Notes under the pieces: generated by a model
The model's input: the letters and a program-made list of their open reading frames with translations, nothing else
The model's database searches: none
Told to the model about the DNA's origin: nothing
Shown here: piece after piece, positions 24,603 through 39,468 of the stretch
Numbering within the stretch: position 1 is the first letter of the stretch
Layout: every line of letters begins with the position of its first letter
Translations under genes and position numbers: made by a program
Assembly: GCA_964016885.1 (NCBI GenBank)
Contig: OZ024741.1
Coordinates: forward strand, 23,250,001-23,314,000
Length of the DNA: 64,000 bases
Direction of reading: 5' to 3'
Source: Eledone cirrhosa
Taxonomy: Eukaryota

Positions 24603-24905
24603 TGACGATAGCTAACAAGCTTGAAACTAGTACAGCGTTCCTTTGTCAGTGTTGAACAAACGAGCAACGGTGGTTGCTAGACACTGTACGGCTTCATACG
24701 GGATGTTTATTTACAAACACACCGAGCATTATAATGAATGTTTGGTGAATCCATACGTACATATATATATGTGTGCATGTATGTATATATATATACATAC
24801 TACTGTGCGGCTGTATACATATATGTATGTACGTGTACATACTTATATTTAAGTAACAGACGTACTAAGAGTGGGAAATGAAATTTCGTTTCATTTTTTC
24901 CGTTC
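24603..24905 (+). mobile_element. Copy of the 6316 hammerhead element, 5'-truncated within the core
   Basis: TGACGATAGCTAACAAGCTTGAAACTAGTACA then collinear with 6360-6640. Confidence 0.8.
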
Positions 24906-24906
24906 A

Positions 24907-24938
<32 letters not shown>

Positions 24939-25484
24939 ATGGATAAAAATCCCATAACTGCTTGTGGAGTCATAGAGGCACTGTCAAACGGCCAGTGTGG
25001 GGCACTTTTAAACCTGGCGGAACCCAACCCTTTCCTGAACACAGCTGATTTTTTCTATAGAGGAAGAATCGACTCCAGTACTAGACTGATACATTTTTTT
25101 ATCGATCTCGAAAGCACGAGAGGCAAAGTTGACCCCACCAGTATTTGAACTCAGAGCATGCAATGTACTTACAAGCCCAAATTAAAAGTTTGACACTTCG
25201 TGGTAATAGTTTAATAAGAATGTACCTCCAACAGCAAGATATTTTATTCAAAATGTTGTCATGTAAAAACTTCCAAATGCCCTCCTCTATGTCAAGTATT
25301 TAACTCATCTCTCCTTTCATCAAATACATTCCATATATACAAATACACACACACATACATACAGGTGTGCATGCATGCACACACACACATACATACAGGT
25401 ATGCATGCATGCACACACACAAACACACATACATACAGGTATGCATGCATGCACACACATACATACATACAGGTATGCATGCAT

Positions 25485-25519
<35 letters not shown>

Positions 25520-25631
25520 TACAGGTATACATGCACACATACATACAGGTGTGCATGCATGTATGCATGCACACACACACACACATACATACAGGTATGC
25601 ATACATGCACACACACATATGCACACACATG

Positions 25632-25927
25632 ATGGCTGCCAACTCGTTTTCGAGTATGGTCACCACTTTATATCCATGTAGGAGAACCCCTACAGATCCG
25701 CTGAACGAGTGTGACTTTTTAGTCCAGCCAGCGACTTGAAAACTCTGGTACAAACACTACACTTGTGACAATTATTGACACTTAGTGCTGGGCCCATGGT
25801 ACCATGTGACGACAAGTGCAGGGAGATCTCCAGATATAAAGCAATGCCTGTGCTGTGAAGCTTTTATAGTGAGCAAAGGCACTGCACAAAGCCAGTCCCA
25901 CTCTCTTAACCAAGATGATATTTACCA
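25632..25927 (-). mobile_element. 3' end of a second RTE-like LINE family (terminal C2H2 finger)
   Basis: Paralog of 45128-45425; [17 protein letters not shown]. Confidence 0.7.
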
Positions 25928-26503
25928 TATGCATACAGGTATGCATACATACATACAGGTATGCATGCATGCAAACACACACACATGCACATACATGAAG
26001 GCACTTTGTCAGTAATGACGACAACTGTTCCAGTTGATCCGATCAACAGAACAGCCGACACAGTCGTTTAGTTTAATATTGAGACCCCAACCCATCCTAT
26101 TTTATAGCCTATGGGATTTCTAGTAATGTACTTTTTTGTAATGTCGAAAGAAAAGTTATTGTTGCAAGAATGCTGCTACTTAAAATAAGATTTCACCGGA
26201 GATAGATTAGCAAAATTTAATAAGTGGGCGGTGGAGTTTGAATAAGAGCGCGGGGTGGATAAAAATCTGAAAAGGGGGAGGGGCCATTATTTGAATATGT
26301 GGTAACTAAAATTACAAATACATACATAAAAGATGTTATGTGCGTGTTTGTTTTATTCTTGTTTTTTTTCGTTGGGTAACATCAGTGAGCGGGAAAATTC
26401 CAACAGATATTAGTTTAAACTTTTAAAAGACACCTGACCTCATATATTTCATCATCCGTGACACCAACTATAACTCATCATTTCCCCACAATTTTGACAG
26501 TTA

Positions 26504-26974
26504 CTCTCAGGTCTCAAATAATATTTCTCCAACAAAATTTTATTTTAACCCTTTAGCATTTAAACCAGCCATATCCAGCCAGAATTCTCATACCTCTTTC
26601 TGTTCAAACCAGACGTAACTGGCCACAAACTGGCAATAAATAACATCAAAATCTCATAGATTCGATATTATGTGAGGTAAAGCCTTTACCACAAAAATAC
26701 AATAGTATATATAGAATAATGTAAATACTAAAGGGTTAAGTGGCAGCATTCCTGTGACAATTTTCTTTAGACATTAAAAAACATACATTACTAGAAATCC
26801 CATACATTATAAAATAAATAGGATGGGTTGGGGTCTCAATATGTAAACTAAACAACTAATTCTGTTTTTTTTTAAAAAAATCAACAGACAACCTAGAAAT
26901 ATTACCAATTATCCACAGACCCAATCCTCCCCTGCTTATTCCACTCTAGCCCCCTATTATTTGGGACCCGAGAG
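26504..26974. mobile_element. TA-flanked MITE (Tc1/mariner-type) hosting a piggyBac-like MITE
   Basis: TA|CTCTCAGGTCTCAAATAAT...ATTATTTGGGACCCGAGAG|TA; relative at 53298-53602. Confidence 0.7.
26549..26735. mobile_element. piggyBac-like MITE
   Basis: TTAA|CCCTTTAGCATTTA...TAAATACTAAAGGG|TTAA. Confidence 0.82.
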
Positions 26975-27799
26975 TAGATAGTCTGAGTGACAAACAGTAT
27001 TTCTGTTGGTAAGGAATAATATAGATCTTTTCCACCACCCTCCTTGTGCTTATTTCTCCCACCCACCCTTATTATTTGGGACCCTAGAGTAAGTTACTTC
27101 AGTTTTCTTGTTTAGAAATGTGTGACATATGATGTAGATATTTTACATAAGACAGATTACTCTACCTTGACCTATTTATAAGTCTACCAAGTATTGTCCG
27201 CGTAATCGGTTGTTTTTGTGTTTTTTTCCTTTTTCATTTTTTCTTCCTTCCTCTTTAATCTCAACACATTCAAAATAAATTTCAAGACACTAATATAATA
27301 CTAATATAATAGTAAGTAGTTAGTTTGTAGTGGTGTAGACAATTGTTTTGTGAATATTTTATTTAGCTAATTATGTCTTGAATAGCCCCCACCCCACCCT
27401 CACCCCACTTATTAATTTTTCAGATTTTTTAAAACCCCTCCTCGCTTTTATTCCACCCCCACCCAGCTTATTAAATTTTGCTAATCTACAGGGGTGGTGG
27501 AACGGGAGGAGCCAGTGGGGACCATATCCCCCTCAATAATTATATTTTTCTCCCCAAACTATCAAAACACACATCTATTTGTATATGCACTACAATTTAT
27601 GTACATGTTATGTTTATCGCATATCAAAGTTTGTCATATCTTGGTTGATATTTGATAACAGCTAAACTAATCACTACAACTAAATTGACCAAATTTGCAC
27701 CCCCCCCCCCCTTCTCCTTCAGAAATGCTTCCACTGCCCCTGATCTAGCTCCAGCCAAATTTTATTGTAATTCATATTGATACAGCAGCTGGAGAATCT

Positions 27800-27992
27800 A
27801 ATAATTGTTTCTACTTTTGGCAAAAGGCCAGCAATTACTCCACGGTATTACTGGTACTTTATTTTATCAACCCCCGTAAGGATGAAAGGCAAAGTTAACC
27901 TCGGCGGGATTTGAACTCAGTCTGTAAAGGGATGTAACTGTGCTGCAAAGCATGGCGTCCAACCCTCTACCGATACTGCCAATCCACCACCC
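27800..27992 (-). mobile_element. Second SINE family (tRNA-like head, conserved central domain)
   Basis: GAGTTCAAATCC B box, TTTGCCTTTCATCCTTACGGGG..GATAAAATAAAAGTACCAG; copies at ~25060, 40985, 54950, 55560. Confidence 0.8.
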
Positions 27993-28699
27993 TTGGATCT
28001 AATAATAATTCTATTTTACATTAAAATCATTATATAGAGTATTTAGTTTGTAGTAGTGCAGACATTTGTTAAAGTTTTGAGAAAATTATTCAACTAGTGT
28101 TACATAAGTTGTTACATAAGCACTAGTAGAAGATCCATTTAAAAAACCACCTCCTGATTCAATCTGATAAGAGGTACTATTTTATATTATGTAACTGTTG
28201 TATGACGTCAAATGTCATTTGAAACCTTAAAACTTTTCTCTTTTCTCTTTCCAACTCTTCACAAAGTTAGTTATATAAAACGTTAAGTATTAGTAATTCT
28301 AGATATCTACATATCCCTTTGTTATTTTCTTAATTTCAGTCATTCGACTATGACAGTGATCTGACATTGTCTTCAATGGCTTGATTTTGTCATTTTGTAC
28401 ATTTTGTGATACTATTTAATCAAGCTTGGAGAGAGAAGTATGTCACAGTTGAGTGAACAGCCATGAAGATATGCAGTCTGGATGGACTAAAATAGCACAA
28501 GATATTTTCTTGTCAGTTGCCATTTAACCTGATGGTAATACACCCTTGGCCAGAATTCAAAAGATTATCATCATCATAACTATTTAATGTCCATTTTTCC
28601 ACGTTAGCATGGGTTAGATGAGTTGTCCTGTTGTCTTGCTTATACAGAACTGCTTTTGGCTTGGTTTCTGCAGCTGGATGCCCTTCCTAATGCCAACCA

Positions 28700-31600
28700 C
28701 ATTTACAGTGTGTGCTGGGTGCTTTTTGTTGTGACACCTACATGACCACTTTACAGTGTGGACTAAGTGCTTATTGTTATGACACCCACATGACCACTTT
28801 ACAGTGTGGACTGGGTGTTTTTTTGTTCTGACACCCACATGACCACTTTACAGTGTGGACTGGGTGTTTTTTGTTGTGACACCCACATGACCACTTTACA
28901 ATGTGGACTGGGTGTTTTTTGTTCTGACACCCACATGACCACTTTACAGTGTGGACTGGGTGTTTTTTGTTGTGACACCCACATGACCACTTTACAATGT
29001 GGACTGGGTGTTTTTTGTTCTGACACCCACATGACCACTTTACAGTGTGGACTGGGTGTTTTTTGTTCTGGCACCTACATGACCACTTTACAGTGTGGAC
29101 TGGGTGTGTTTTGTTCTGACACCCACATGACCACTTTACAGTGTGGACTGGGTGCTTTTTGTTCTGACACCTATATGACCACTTTACAGTGTGGACTGGG
29201 TGTTTTTTGTTATGACACCTATATGACCACTTTACAGTGTGGACGGGGTGTTTTTTGTTATGACACCCACATGACCACTTTTCAGTATGGACTGGGTGCT
29301 TTTTGTTCTGACACCTATATGACCACTTTACAGTGTGGACTGGGTGTTTTTTGTTATGACACCCACATGACCACTTTACAGTGTCGACTGGGTGTTTTTT
29401 GTTCTGACACCTACATGACCACTTTACAGTGTGGACTGGGTGTTTTTTGTTCTGACACCTACATGACCACTTTACAGTGTGGATTGGGTGTTTTTTGTTA
29501 TGACACCCACATGACCACTTTACAGTGTGGACTGGGTGTTTTTTGTTATGACTCCCAGATGACCACTTTACAGTGTGGATTGGGTGTTTTTTGTTATGAC
29601 ACCCACATGACCACTTTACAGTGTGGACTGGGTGTTTTTTGTTATGACTCCCAGATAACCACTTTACAGTGTGGACTGGGTGTTTTTTGTTATGACACCC
29701 GCATGACCACTTTACACTGTGGACTGGGTGTTTTTTGTTCTGGCACCTACATGACCACTTTACAGTGTGGACTGAGTGCTTTTTGTTATGACACCCACAT
29801 GACCACTTTACAGTGTGGACTGGGTGTTTTTTGTTCTGACACCTACATGACCACTTTACAGTGTGGACTGGGTGTTTTTTGTTATGACACCCACATGACC
29901 ACTTTACAGTGTGGACTGGGTGTTTTTTGTTCTGGCACCTACATGACCACTTTACAGTGTGGACTGGGTGCTTTTTGTTCTGACACCCACATGACCACTT
30001 TACAGTGTGGACTGGGTGTTTTTTGTTCTGGCACCTACATGACCACTTTACAGTGTGGACTGGGTGTTGTTTGTTGTATCACCTACATGACCACTTTACA
30101 GTGTGAACTGGGTGTTGTTTGTTGTATCACCTACATGACCACTTTACAGTGTCGACTGGGTGTTTTTTGTTCTGGCACCTACATGACTACTTTACAGTGT
30201 GGACTGGGTGCTTTTTGTTCTGACACCCACATGACCACTTTACAGTGTGGACTGGGTGTTTTTTGTTATGACACCTACATGACCACTTTACAGTGTGGAC
30301 TGGGTGCTTTTTGTTATGACACCCACATGACCACTTTACAGTGTGAACTGGGTGCTTTTTGTTCTGACACCCACATGACCACTTTACAGTGTGGACTGGG
30401 TGTTTTTTGTTATGACACCCACATGACCACTTTACAGTATGGACTGGGTGTTTTTTGTCCTGACACTCACATGACCACTTTACAGTGTGAACTGGGTGCT
30501 TTTTGTTCTGACACCTACATGACCACTTTACAGTGTGGACTGGGTGTTTTTTGTTATGACACCCACATGACCACTTTACAGTGTGGACTGGGTGTTTTTT
30601 GTTATGACACCTACATGACCACTTTACAGTGTGGACTGGGTGCTTTTTGTTATGACACCCACATGACCACTTTACAGTGTGGATTGGGTGTTTTTTGTTC
30701 TGACACCAACATGACCACTTTACAGTGTGGACTGGGTGTTTTTTGTTCTGACACCCGCATGATCACTTTACAATGTGGACTGGGTGTTTTTTGTTCTGAC
30801 ACCTACATGACCACTTTACAGTGTGGACTGGGTGTTTTTTGTTCTGGCACCTACATGACCACTTTACAATGTGGACTGGGTGTTTTTTGTTCTGGTACCC
30901 GCATGACCACTTTACAGTGTGGACCGGGTGCTTTTTGTTGACACCCACATGACCACTTTACAGTGTGGACTGGGTGTTTTTTGTTATGACACCTACATGA
31001 CCACTTTACAATGTGGACTGGGTGTTTTTTGTTCTGGCACCCGCATGACCACTTTACAGTGTGGACTGGGTGCTTTTTGTTGACACCCACATGACCACTT
31101 TACAGTGTGGACTGGGTGTTTTTTGTTATGACACCTACATGACCACTTTACAGTATGGACTGGGTGTTTTTTGTTATGACACCCACATGACCACTTTACA
31201 GTGTGGACTGGGTGTTTTTTGTTCTGACACCTACATGACCACTTTACAGTGTGGACTGGGTGTTTTTTGTTATGACACCTACATGACCACTTTACAGTGT
31301 GGACTGGGTGTTGTTTGTTGTATCACCTACATGACCACTTTACAGTGTGGACTGGGTGTTTTTTGTTCTGACACCCACATGACCACTTTACAATGTGGAC
31401 TGGGTGTTTTTTGTTCTGACACCCACATGACCACTTTACAGTGTGGACTGGGTGCTTTTTGTTCTGACACCTATATGACCACTTTACAGTGTGGACTGGG
31501 TGTTTTTTGTTGTGACACCTACATGACCACTTTACAGTGTGGACTGGGTGTTTTTTGTTCTGACACCTACATGACCACTTTACAGTGTGGACTGGCTGTT

Positions 31601-34600
31601 TTTTGTTCTGACACCCACATGACCACTTTACAGTGTGGACTGGGTGCTTTTTGTTCTGACACCTATATGACCACTTTACAGTGTGGACTGGGTGTTTTTT
31701 GTTATGACACCCACATGACCACTTTACAATGTGGACTGGGTGTTTTTTGTTCTGACACCCACATGACCACTTTACAGTGTGGACTGGGTGTTTTTTGTTC
31801 TGACACCCACATGACCACTTTACAGTGTGGACTGGGTGCTTTTTGTTCTGACACCTATATGACCACTTTACAGTGTGGACTGGGTGTTTTTTGTTATGAC
31901 ACCTACATGACCACTTTACAGTGTGGACTGGGTGTTTTTTGTTATGACTCCCAGATAACCACTTTACAGTGTGGACTGGGTGTTTTTTGTTATGACACCC
32001 GCATGACCACTTTACACTGTGGACTGGGTGTTTTTTGTTCTGGCACCTACATGACCACTTTACAGTGTGGACTGAGTGCTTTTTGTTATGACACCCACAT
32101 GACCACTTTACAGTGTGGACTGGGTGTTTTTTGTTCTGACACCTACATGACCACTTTACAGTGTGGACTGGGTGTTTTTTGTTATGACACCCACATGACC
32201 ACTTTACAGTGTGGACTGGGTGTTTTTTGTTCTGGCACCTACATGACCACTTTACAGTGTGGACTGGGTGCTTTTTGTTCTGACACCCACATGACCACTT
32301 TACAGTGTGGACTGGGTGTTTTTTGTTCTGGCACCTACATGACCACTTTACAGTGTGGACTGGGTGTTGTTTGTTGTATCACCTACATGACCACTTTACA
32401 GTGTGGACTGGGTGTTGTTTGTTGTATCACCTACATGACCACTTTACAGTGTCGACTGGGTGTTTTTTGTTCTGGCACCTACATGACTACTTTACAGTGT
32501 GGACTGGGTGCTTTTTGTTCTGACACCCACATGACCACTTTACAGTGTGGACTGGGTGTTTTTTGTTATGACACCTACATGACCACTTTACAGTGTGGAC
32601 TGGGTGCTTTTTGTTATGACACCCACATGACCACTTTACAGTGTGAACTGGGTGCTTTTTGTTCTGACACCCACATGACCACTTTACAGTGTGGACTGGG
32701 TGTTTTTTGTTATGACACCCACATGACCACTTTACAGTGTGGACTGGGTGTTTTTTGTTCTGACACCAACATGACCACTTTACAGTGTGGACTGGGTGTT
32801 TTTTGTTCTGACACCCGCATGATCACTTTACAATGTGGACTGGGTGTTTTTTGTTCTTACACCTACATGACCACTTTACAGTGTGGACTGGGTGTTTTTT
32901 GTTCTGGCACCTACATGACCACTTTACAATGTGGACTGGGTGTTTTTTGTTCTGGTACCCGCATGACCACTTTACAGTGTGGACCGGGTGCTTTTTGTTG
33001 ACACCCACATGACCACTTTACAGTGTGGACTGGGTGTTTTTTGTTATGACACCTACATGACCACTTTACAATGTGGACTGGGTGTTTTTTGTTCTGGCAC
33101 CCGCATGACCACTTTACAGTGTGGACTGGGTGCTTTTTGTTGACACCCACATGACCACTTTACAGTGTGGACTGGGTGTTTTTTGTTATGACACCTACAT
33201 GACCACTTTACAGTATGGACTGGGTGTTTTTTGTTATGACACCCACATGACCACTTTACAGTGTGGACTGGGTGTTTTTTGTTCTGACACCTACATGACC
33301 ACTTTACAGTGTGGACTGGGTGTTTTTTGTTATGACACCTACATGACCACTTTACAGTGTGGACTGGGTGTTGTTTGTTGTATCACCTACATGACCACTT
33401 TACAGTGTGGACTGGGTGTTTTTTGTTCTGACACCCACATGACCACTTTACAATGTGGACTGGGTGTTTTTTGTTCTGACACCCACATGACCACTTTACA
33501 GTGTGGACTGGGTGCTTTTTGTTCTGACACCTATATGACCACTTTACAGTGTGGACTGGGTGTTTTTTGTTGTGACACCTACATGACCACTTTACAGTGT
33601 GGACTGGGTGTTTTTTGTTCTGACACCTACATGACCACTTTACAGTGTGGACTGGCTGTTTTTTGTTCTGACACCCACATGACCACTTTACAGTGTGGAC
33701 TGGGTGCTTTTTGTTCTGACACCTATATGACCACTTTACAGTGTGGACTGGGTGTTTTTTGTTATGACACCCACATGACCACTTTACAATGTGGACTGGG
33801 TGTTTTTTGTTCTGACACCCACATGACCACTTTACAGTGTGGACTGGGTGTTTTTTGTTCTGACACCCACATGACCACTTTACAGTGTGGACTGGGTGCT
33901 TTTTGTTCTGAAACCTATATGACCACTTTACAGTGTGGACTGGGTGTTTTTTGTTATGACACCTACATGACCACTTTACAGTGTGGACTGGGTGTTTTTG
34001 TTATGACACCCACATGACCACTTTTCAGTATGGACTGGGTGCTTTTTGTTCTGACACCTATATGACCACTTTACAGTGTGGACTGGGTGTTTTTTGTTAT
34101 GACACCCACATGACCACTTTACAATGTGGACTGAGTGCTTTTTGTTCTGACACCTACATGACCACTTTACAGTGTGGACTGGGTGTTTTTTGTTCTGACA
34201 CCCACATGACCACTTTACAGTGTGGACTGGGTGCTTTTTGTTATGACACCCACATGACCACTTTACAGTGTGGATTGGGTGTTTTTTGTTATGACACCCA
34301 CATGACCACTTTACAGTGTGGACTGGGTGTTTTTTGTTATGACACCCGCATGTCCACTTTACACTGTGGACTGGGTGTTTTTTGTTCTGGCACCTACATG
34401 ACCACTTTACAGTGTGGACTGGGTGTTTTTTGTTATGACACCCACATGACCACTTTACAGTGTGGACTGGGTGTTTTTTGTTCTGGCACCTACATGACCA
34501 CTTTACAGTGTGGACTGGGTGCTTTTTGTTCTGACACCCACATGACCACTTTACAGTGTGGACTGGGTGTTTTTTGTTCTGGCACCTACATGACCACTTT

Positions 34601-36120
34601 ACAGTGTGGACTGGGTGTTGTTTGTTGTATCACCTACATGACCACTTTACAGTGTGGACTGGGTGTTGTTTGTTGTATCACCTACATGACCACTTTACAG
34701 TGTGGACTGGGTGTTTTTTGTTATGACACCCACATGACCACTCTACAGTGTGGACTGGGTGTTTTTTGTTATGACACCCACATGACCACTTTACAGTGTG
34801 GACTGGGTGTTTTTTGTTATGACACCCACATGACCACTTTACAGTGTGGACTGGGTGTTTTTTGTTATGACACCCACATGACCACTTTACAGTGTGGACT
34901 GGGTGTTTTTTGTTATGACACCCACATGACCACTTTACAGTGTGGACTGGGTGTTTTTTGTTCTGACACTCACATGACCACTTTACAGTGTGGACTGGGT
35001 GTTTTTTGTTCTGACACCCGCATGATCACTTTACAATGTGGACTGGGTGTTTTTTGTTCTGACACCTACATGACCACTTTACAGTGTGGACTGGGTGTTT
35101 TTTGTTCTGTCACCTACATGACCACTTTACAATGTGGACTGGGTGTTTTTTGTTCTGGCACTCGCATGACCACTTTACAGTGTGGACTGGGTGCTTTTTG
35201 TTGACACCCACATGACCACTTTACAGTGTGGACTGGGTGCTTTTTGTTATGACACCTACATGACCACTTTACAGTATGGACTGGGTGTTTTTTGTTATGA
35301 CACCCACATGACCACTTTACAGTGTGGACTGGGTGTTTTTTGTTCTGACACCTACATGACCACTTTACAGTGTGGACTGGGTGTTTTTTGTTATAACACC
35401 TACATGACCACTTTACAGTGTGGACTGGGTGTTGTTTGTTGTATCACCTACATGACCACTTTACAGTGTGGACTGGGTGTGTTTTGTTCTGACACCCACA
35501 TGGCCACTTTACAGTGTGGACTGGGTGTTTTTTGTTCTGACACCTACATGACCACTTTACAGTGTGGACTGGGTGTTTTTTGTTATGACACCTACATGAC
35601 CACTTTACAGTGTGGACTGGGTGTTGTTTGTTGTATCACCTACATGACCACTTTACAGTGTGGACTGGGTGTTGTTTGTTGTATCACCTACATGACCACT
35701 TTACAGTGTGGACTGGGTGTTTTTTGTTCTGACACCTACATGACCACTTTACAGTGTGGACTGGGTGTTTTTTGTTATGACACCTACATGACCACTTTAC
35801 AGTGTGGACTGGGTGTTGTTTGTTGTATCACCTACATGACCACTTTATAGTGTGGACTGGGTGTTTTTTGTTATGACACCCACATGACCACTTTACAGTG
35901 TGGACTGGGTGTTTTTTGTTATGACACCTACATGACCACTTTACAGTGTGGACTGGGTGTTGTTTGTTGTATCACCTACATGACCACTTTACAGTGTGGA
36001 CTGGGTGTTGTTTGTTGTATCACCTACATGACCACTTTACAGTGTGGACTGGGTGTTGTTTGTTGTGACACCTACATGACCACTTTACAGTGTGGACTGG
36101 CTGCTTTTTGTTGTGTCACC
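28700..36120. repeat. 48-bp tandem array (~155 units) with higher-order duplication, grown from a retroposon tail (tail at 28566-28700, minus)
   Basis: Unit GACACCCACATGACCACTTTACAGTGTGGACTGGGTGTTTTTTGTTCT; continuous with the GCTGGATGCCCTTCCTAA tail. Confidence 0.97.
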
Positions 36121-36439
36121 ACTGATGCAGAGTTCAATTCACTGTAGTGGTTGCTATCCATCTTTTTCTGACATTAAGGGTATTTTACTTCTAATGCTAT
36201 AATTATTTAGAGTGATTCAGTGTTTGGATTAATAAAGGTATGTAATCAGAATAGACCAAAATACTACAAGGTATTTCCGTTTGATGTAGCAATATCCCCT
36301 CTCAAACCAATATACACATTTACATCCTCATCATCATCATCCAACTGTTTTCCAAGCTGGCATTATCCTGACAATATCATGTTTGGAGACTAGACAGGTT
36401 GGATAGTCATGTTTGGCATGGTTTTTAATGTAAACCTCT

Positions 36440-36915
36440 TTACAGCATGCACAGGGTGTGTTTTATCATGTCACTGGCACTACCACTTTACAGAGTGTAC
36501 TGGGTGCAAGTTATCATGTCACTGGCACTACTACTTTACAGAGTGTACTGGGTGCATGTTATTGTGACACTGGCACTACCACTTTACAGAGTGTACTGGG
36601 TACAGGCTATTGTGACATTGACACTACAGTTTTACAGAGTGCACTAGGTGCATGTTATTGTGATACCAGCTCTACAATATTACAGAATGTACTGGGTGCA
36701 TGTTATTGTGACACTGACATTACCACTTTATAGAGAGTACTGGGTGCATGTTATTGTGACACTGGCACTACAGTTTTACAGAGTGTACTGAGTGCATGTT
36801 ATTGTGATACCAGCTCTACAATATTACAGAGTGTACTGGGTGCCTGTTATTGTGATACCAGCTCTACCACTTTACAGAGTGGACTGAGTGCATGTTATTG
36901 TGACACTGGCACTAC
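36440..36915. repeat. Diverged 48-bp array of the same ancestry (~10 units)
   Basis: ACTTTACAGAGTGTACTGGGTGCATGTTATTGTGACACTGGCACTACC; short versions at ~52270-52440 and ~60770-60960. Confidence 0.85.
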
Positions 36916-37169
36916 TGCTACACTTTTAATTGATTTTCAGACCTAATTGGGCCCTCATCAGGTGTTTTTATCATCCAAACAATCACAAGGAGACATATGT
37001 TATGGCCTTTCATTACCATATTTCTAATGAAATACACTCTATTTTATTTAATTAATAAAGAATTTTGAGGGATTTAGTGAAATAATTAATTAATTTCATT
37101 ACTGAGATAGTAACTTAATGTAAGGTTCTGACATTAAATTATGTTGGAAGATTTTAATCTAAATTGGAA

Positions 37170-37668
37170 ACCACCACCACCACTACCATCACAACCATCA
37201 CCACAACCAATACCGCCACCAACACTACCACTATCACCACCACCATCACCACCACCATCACCATCACCACAACCAACACCACCACCACAACCAACACTAT
37301 CACTACTACCATCACCACCACTACCATCACCACAACCACCATCACCACAACCAATACCGCCACCAACACTACCACCATCACCACAACCAACACTACCATC
37401 ACCATCACCACCACTATCACCACCACCATCACCACCACTATCACCACCACTATCACCATCACCACCACCATCACCACCACTATCACCATCACCATCACTA
37501 TCACCACCACCATCACCACCACCACCACCATCACCACAACCAACACCACTATCACCAGCACCACCACAACCAACACTACCATCACCATCACCACCACTAT
37601 CACCACCACCATCACCACCACTATCACCACCTCCACTATCGCCACCACTATCACCACCACCACCACCA
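37170..37668. repeat. (ACC/ATC)n compound microsatellite
   Basis: Direct inspection. Confidence 0.95.
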
Positions 37669-38593
37669 TGGTTCATTGCAGTGTTGGTTCAATGCTGGTT
37701 TTGTTTGCCAGTAAGTTCCATCTGTTGTTATAAAGTTACAAAATAAATTTCTTCTCTTTTGCTTTAAATAACCAGAATGGGTTCCTCTTCTCATATGACA
37801 AGAGAGTTATGGTCAATCTTTTTCATCTGAACTCTATACTTTTCCTAAACAGACAAACTAGTTTTTAAACCTGTCATCATCTGTAAATTATCTATTTGGT
37901 AGGAATATGCATTAACTAGGGACAGGGAAAACGGACGTTAAAATGACGATGATACAGTCAGATTGTGCAACTTTTGCAATTCTACACTATTTCATATTTT
38001 TCTTCACTCTATATAAACACAATATGATATCATTTAAACATATGGTATTTATATAATGTTAATGTTTTCAAGTATACCTTATAATATTCGGTCCACTGCT
38101 TCAATATAGATGGTATGTCTTTTAAAACATATGTTGCTAATAACAATCATTGTCAGTTATTATATATAACACTTCATGCCTCAACTGCAACAAAATATGC
38201 ATGTGGGCTTTTCTCATATTATGCCTCACCTTAAGGCTGCCAGTTGACAGAGCTATTTAGTTTGGTTTCAAAATGGAGCAGTATTTAATTTGGTTTCTAA
38301 ATGGAGGGGTATTTAGTTTTGCTCAAAATAAAGGGGTATTTAGTTTGGTTTCAAAATGAAGGGGTATTTAATTCGGGTTAAAAATTAAGGGGTTTGGTTT
38401 CAAAATAAAGGGCTTCTTTTGCTCAAAATGAAGAAAGCATATTCCACTTGATGTATAATGTTAGTCTACATAAACAGCAGAGGACAAATGACCCAAGAGA
38501 AAAGCTGGATATAAAAGGAATCAGGTGTAATGTGCAACAGAGAAAAGACTGTTGGTATGAATATGTGATACCTATGGAAGATATCAACTGTAT

Positions 38594-39098
38594 ATAATAA
38601 TAATAAGGAAAATATTGTGTACAGTGCTCAGGTGCACTACAACTCATCAAAAGTGTATGTATAGTACATAGGGTAATGTACAAACGTCAGGAAAATGAAC
38701 AGTGCATGAATCATGATATACACGTGTGCATGTGTATGGAAGGGATACATCAGGTGTAGTTTTGGCGAATTTTGGGAAGCATGGAGGTTTTAAAGGATGC
38801 AATGTCTCGGCAACTAACAACTGACGCAGGCAGTTTGTTCCATGCTTCAGCAACTCTAAGCGTGAAAAAATGTTTCCGAAAGTCATGGGAGCTGTGCTAT
38901 TTTCTGACTTTGTAGGCATGTCCACGTGTGTTAGACACATGGAGATCAAAAAGGTGCTCAGGGTTGTTGTTGGCGAGATGGTTAATAACTTTGTGGGTGT
39001 TTACCAAGTCCATTGCCAGACGTCGGAGCTTCAATGAATCCATGCCCAGGGAAGCAAGGCGTTCAGAGTATGGTAGGTGTCTGATGGAGGGTATACGC
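38594..39098 (-). mobile_element. CR1 3' fragment
   Basis: KRIPSIRHLPYSERLASLG..; same UTR and tail. Confidence 0.92.
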
Positions 39099-39468
39099 TT
39101 AGAATATAAAAGTAGGTAGAAACTGTGGAAGTGGGTAGAGCCTGTGGAAGTGGGTAGTGATGGTTGGCATGTGCAGTGTATTTTGTACATTGTGTCTCTT
39201 ACCTATTATATTCTCTTCATTTACTGTCCTTTTGGTTACCTTATCTACCACACATCCACTCTCATATTCATCATATCATCTGTGTAATAATGGCTGCCAT
39301 TCAATCTGCCTGTATTCTATTCCTTCCACCACCAACACCACTGTCACCACAGTGAGAAGATAGGATGTCTTCATTCCTGGCTGGTGTTGATGCAGAACAT
39401 ATGAGAGTCATTCAGAAGATGGAAAAGAAGATTCATGATATGAAAGAAAGAGAAAGCAGGATGAAGAA

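Noticed and set aside
28700-36120. CRISPR-like array
   Set aside because: No unique spacers, only point variants; eukaryotic context with no cas genes
28806-36147. Long Cys-rich repeat ORFs (711, 646, 407 aa)
   Set aside because: Product of a stop-free 48-bp unit; 46-bp units shift the frame, and the unit derives from a retroposon UTR
37134-37746. Pro-, Thr- or Gly-rich extensin/mucin-like ORFs
   Set aside because: Trinucleotide microsatellite open in several frames, with no unique coding context
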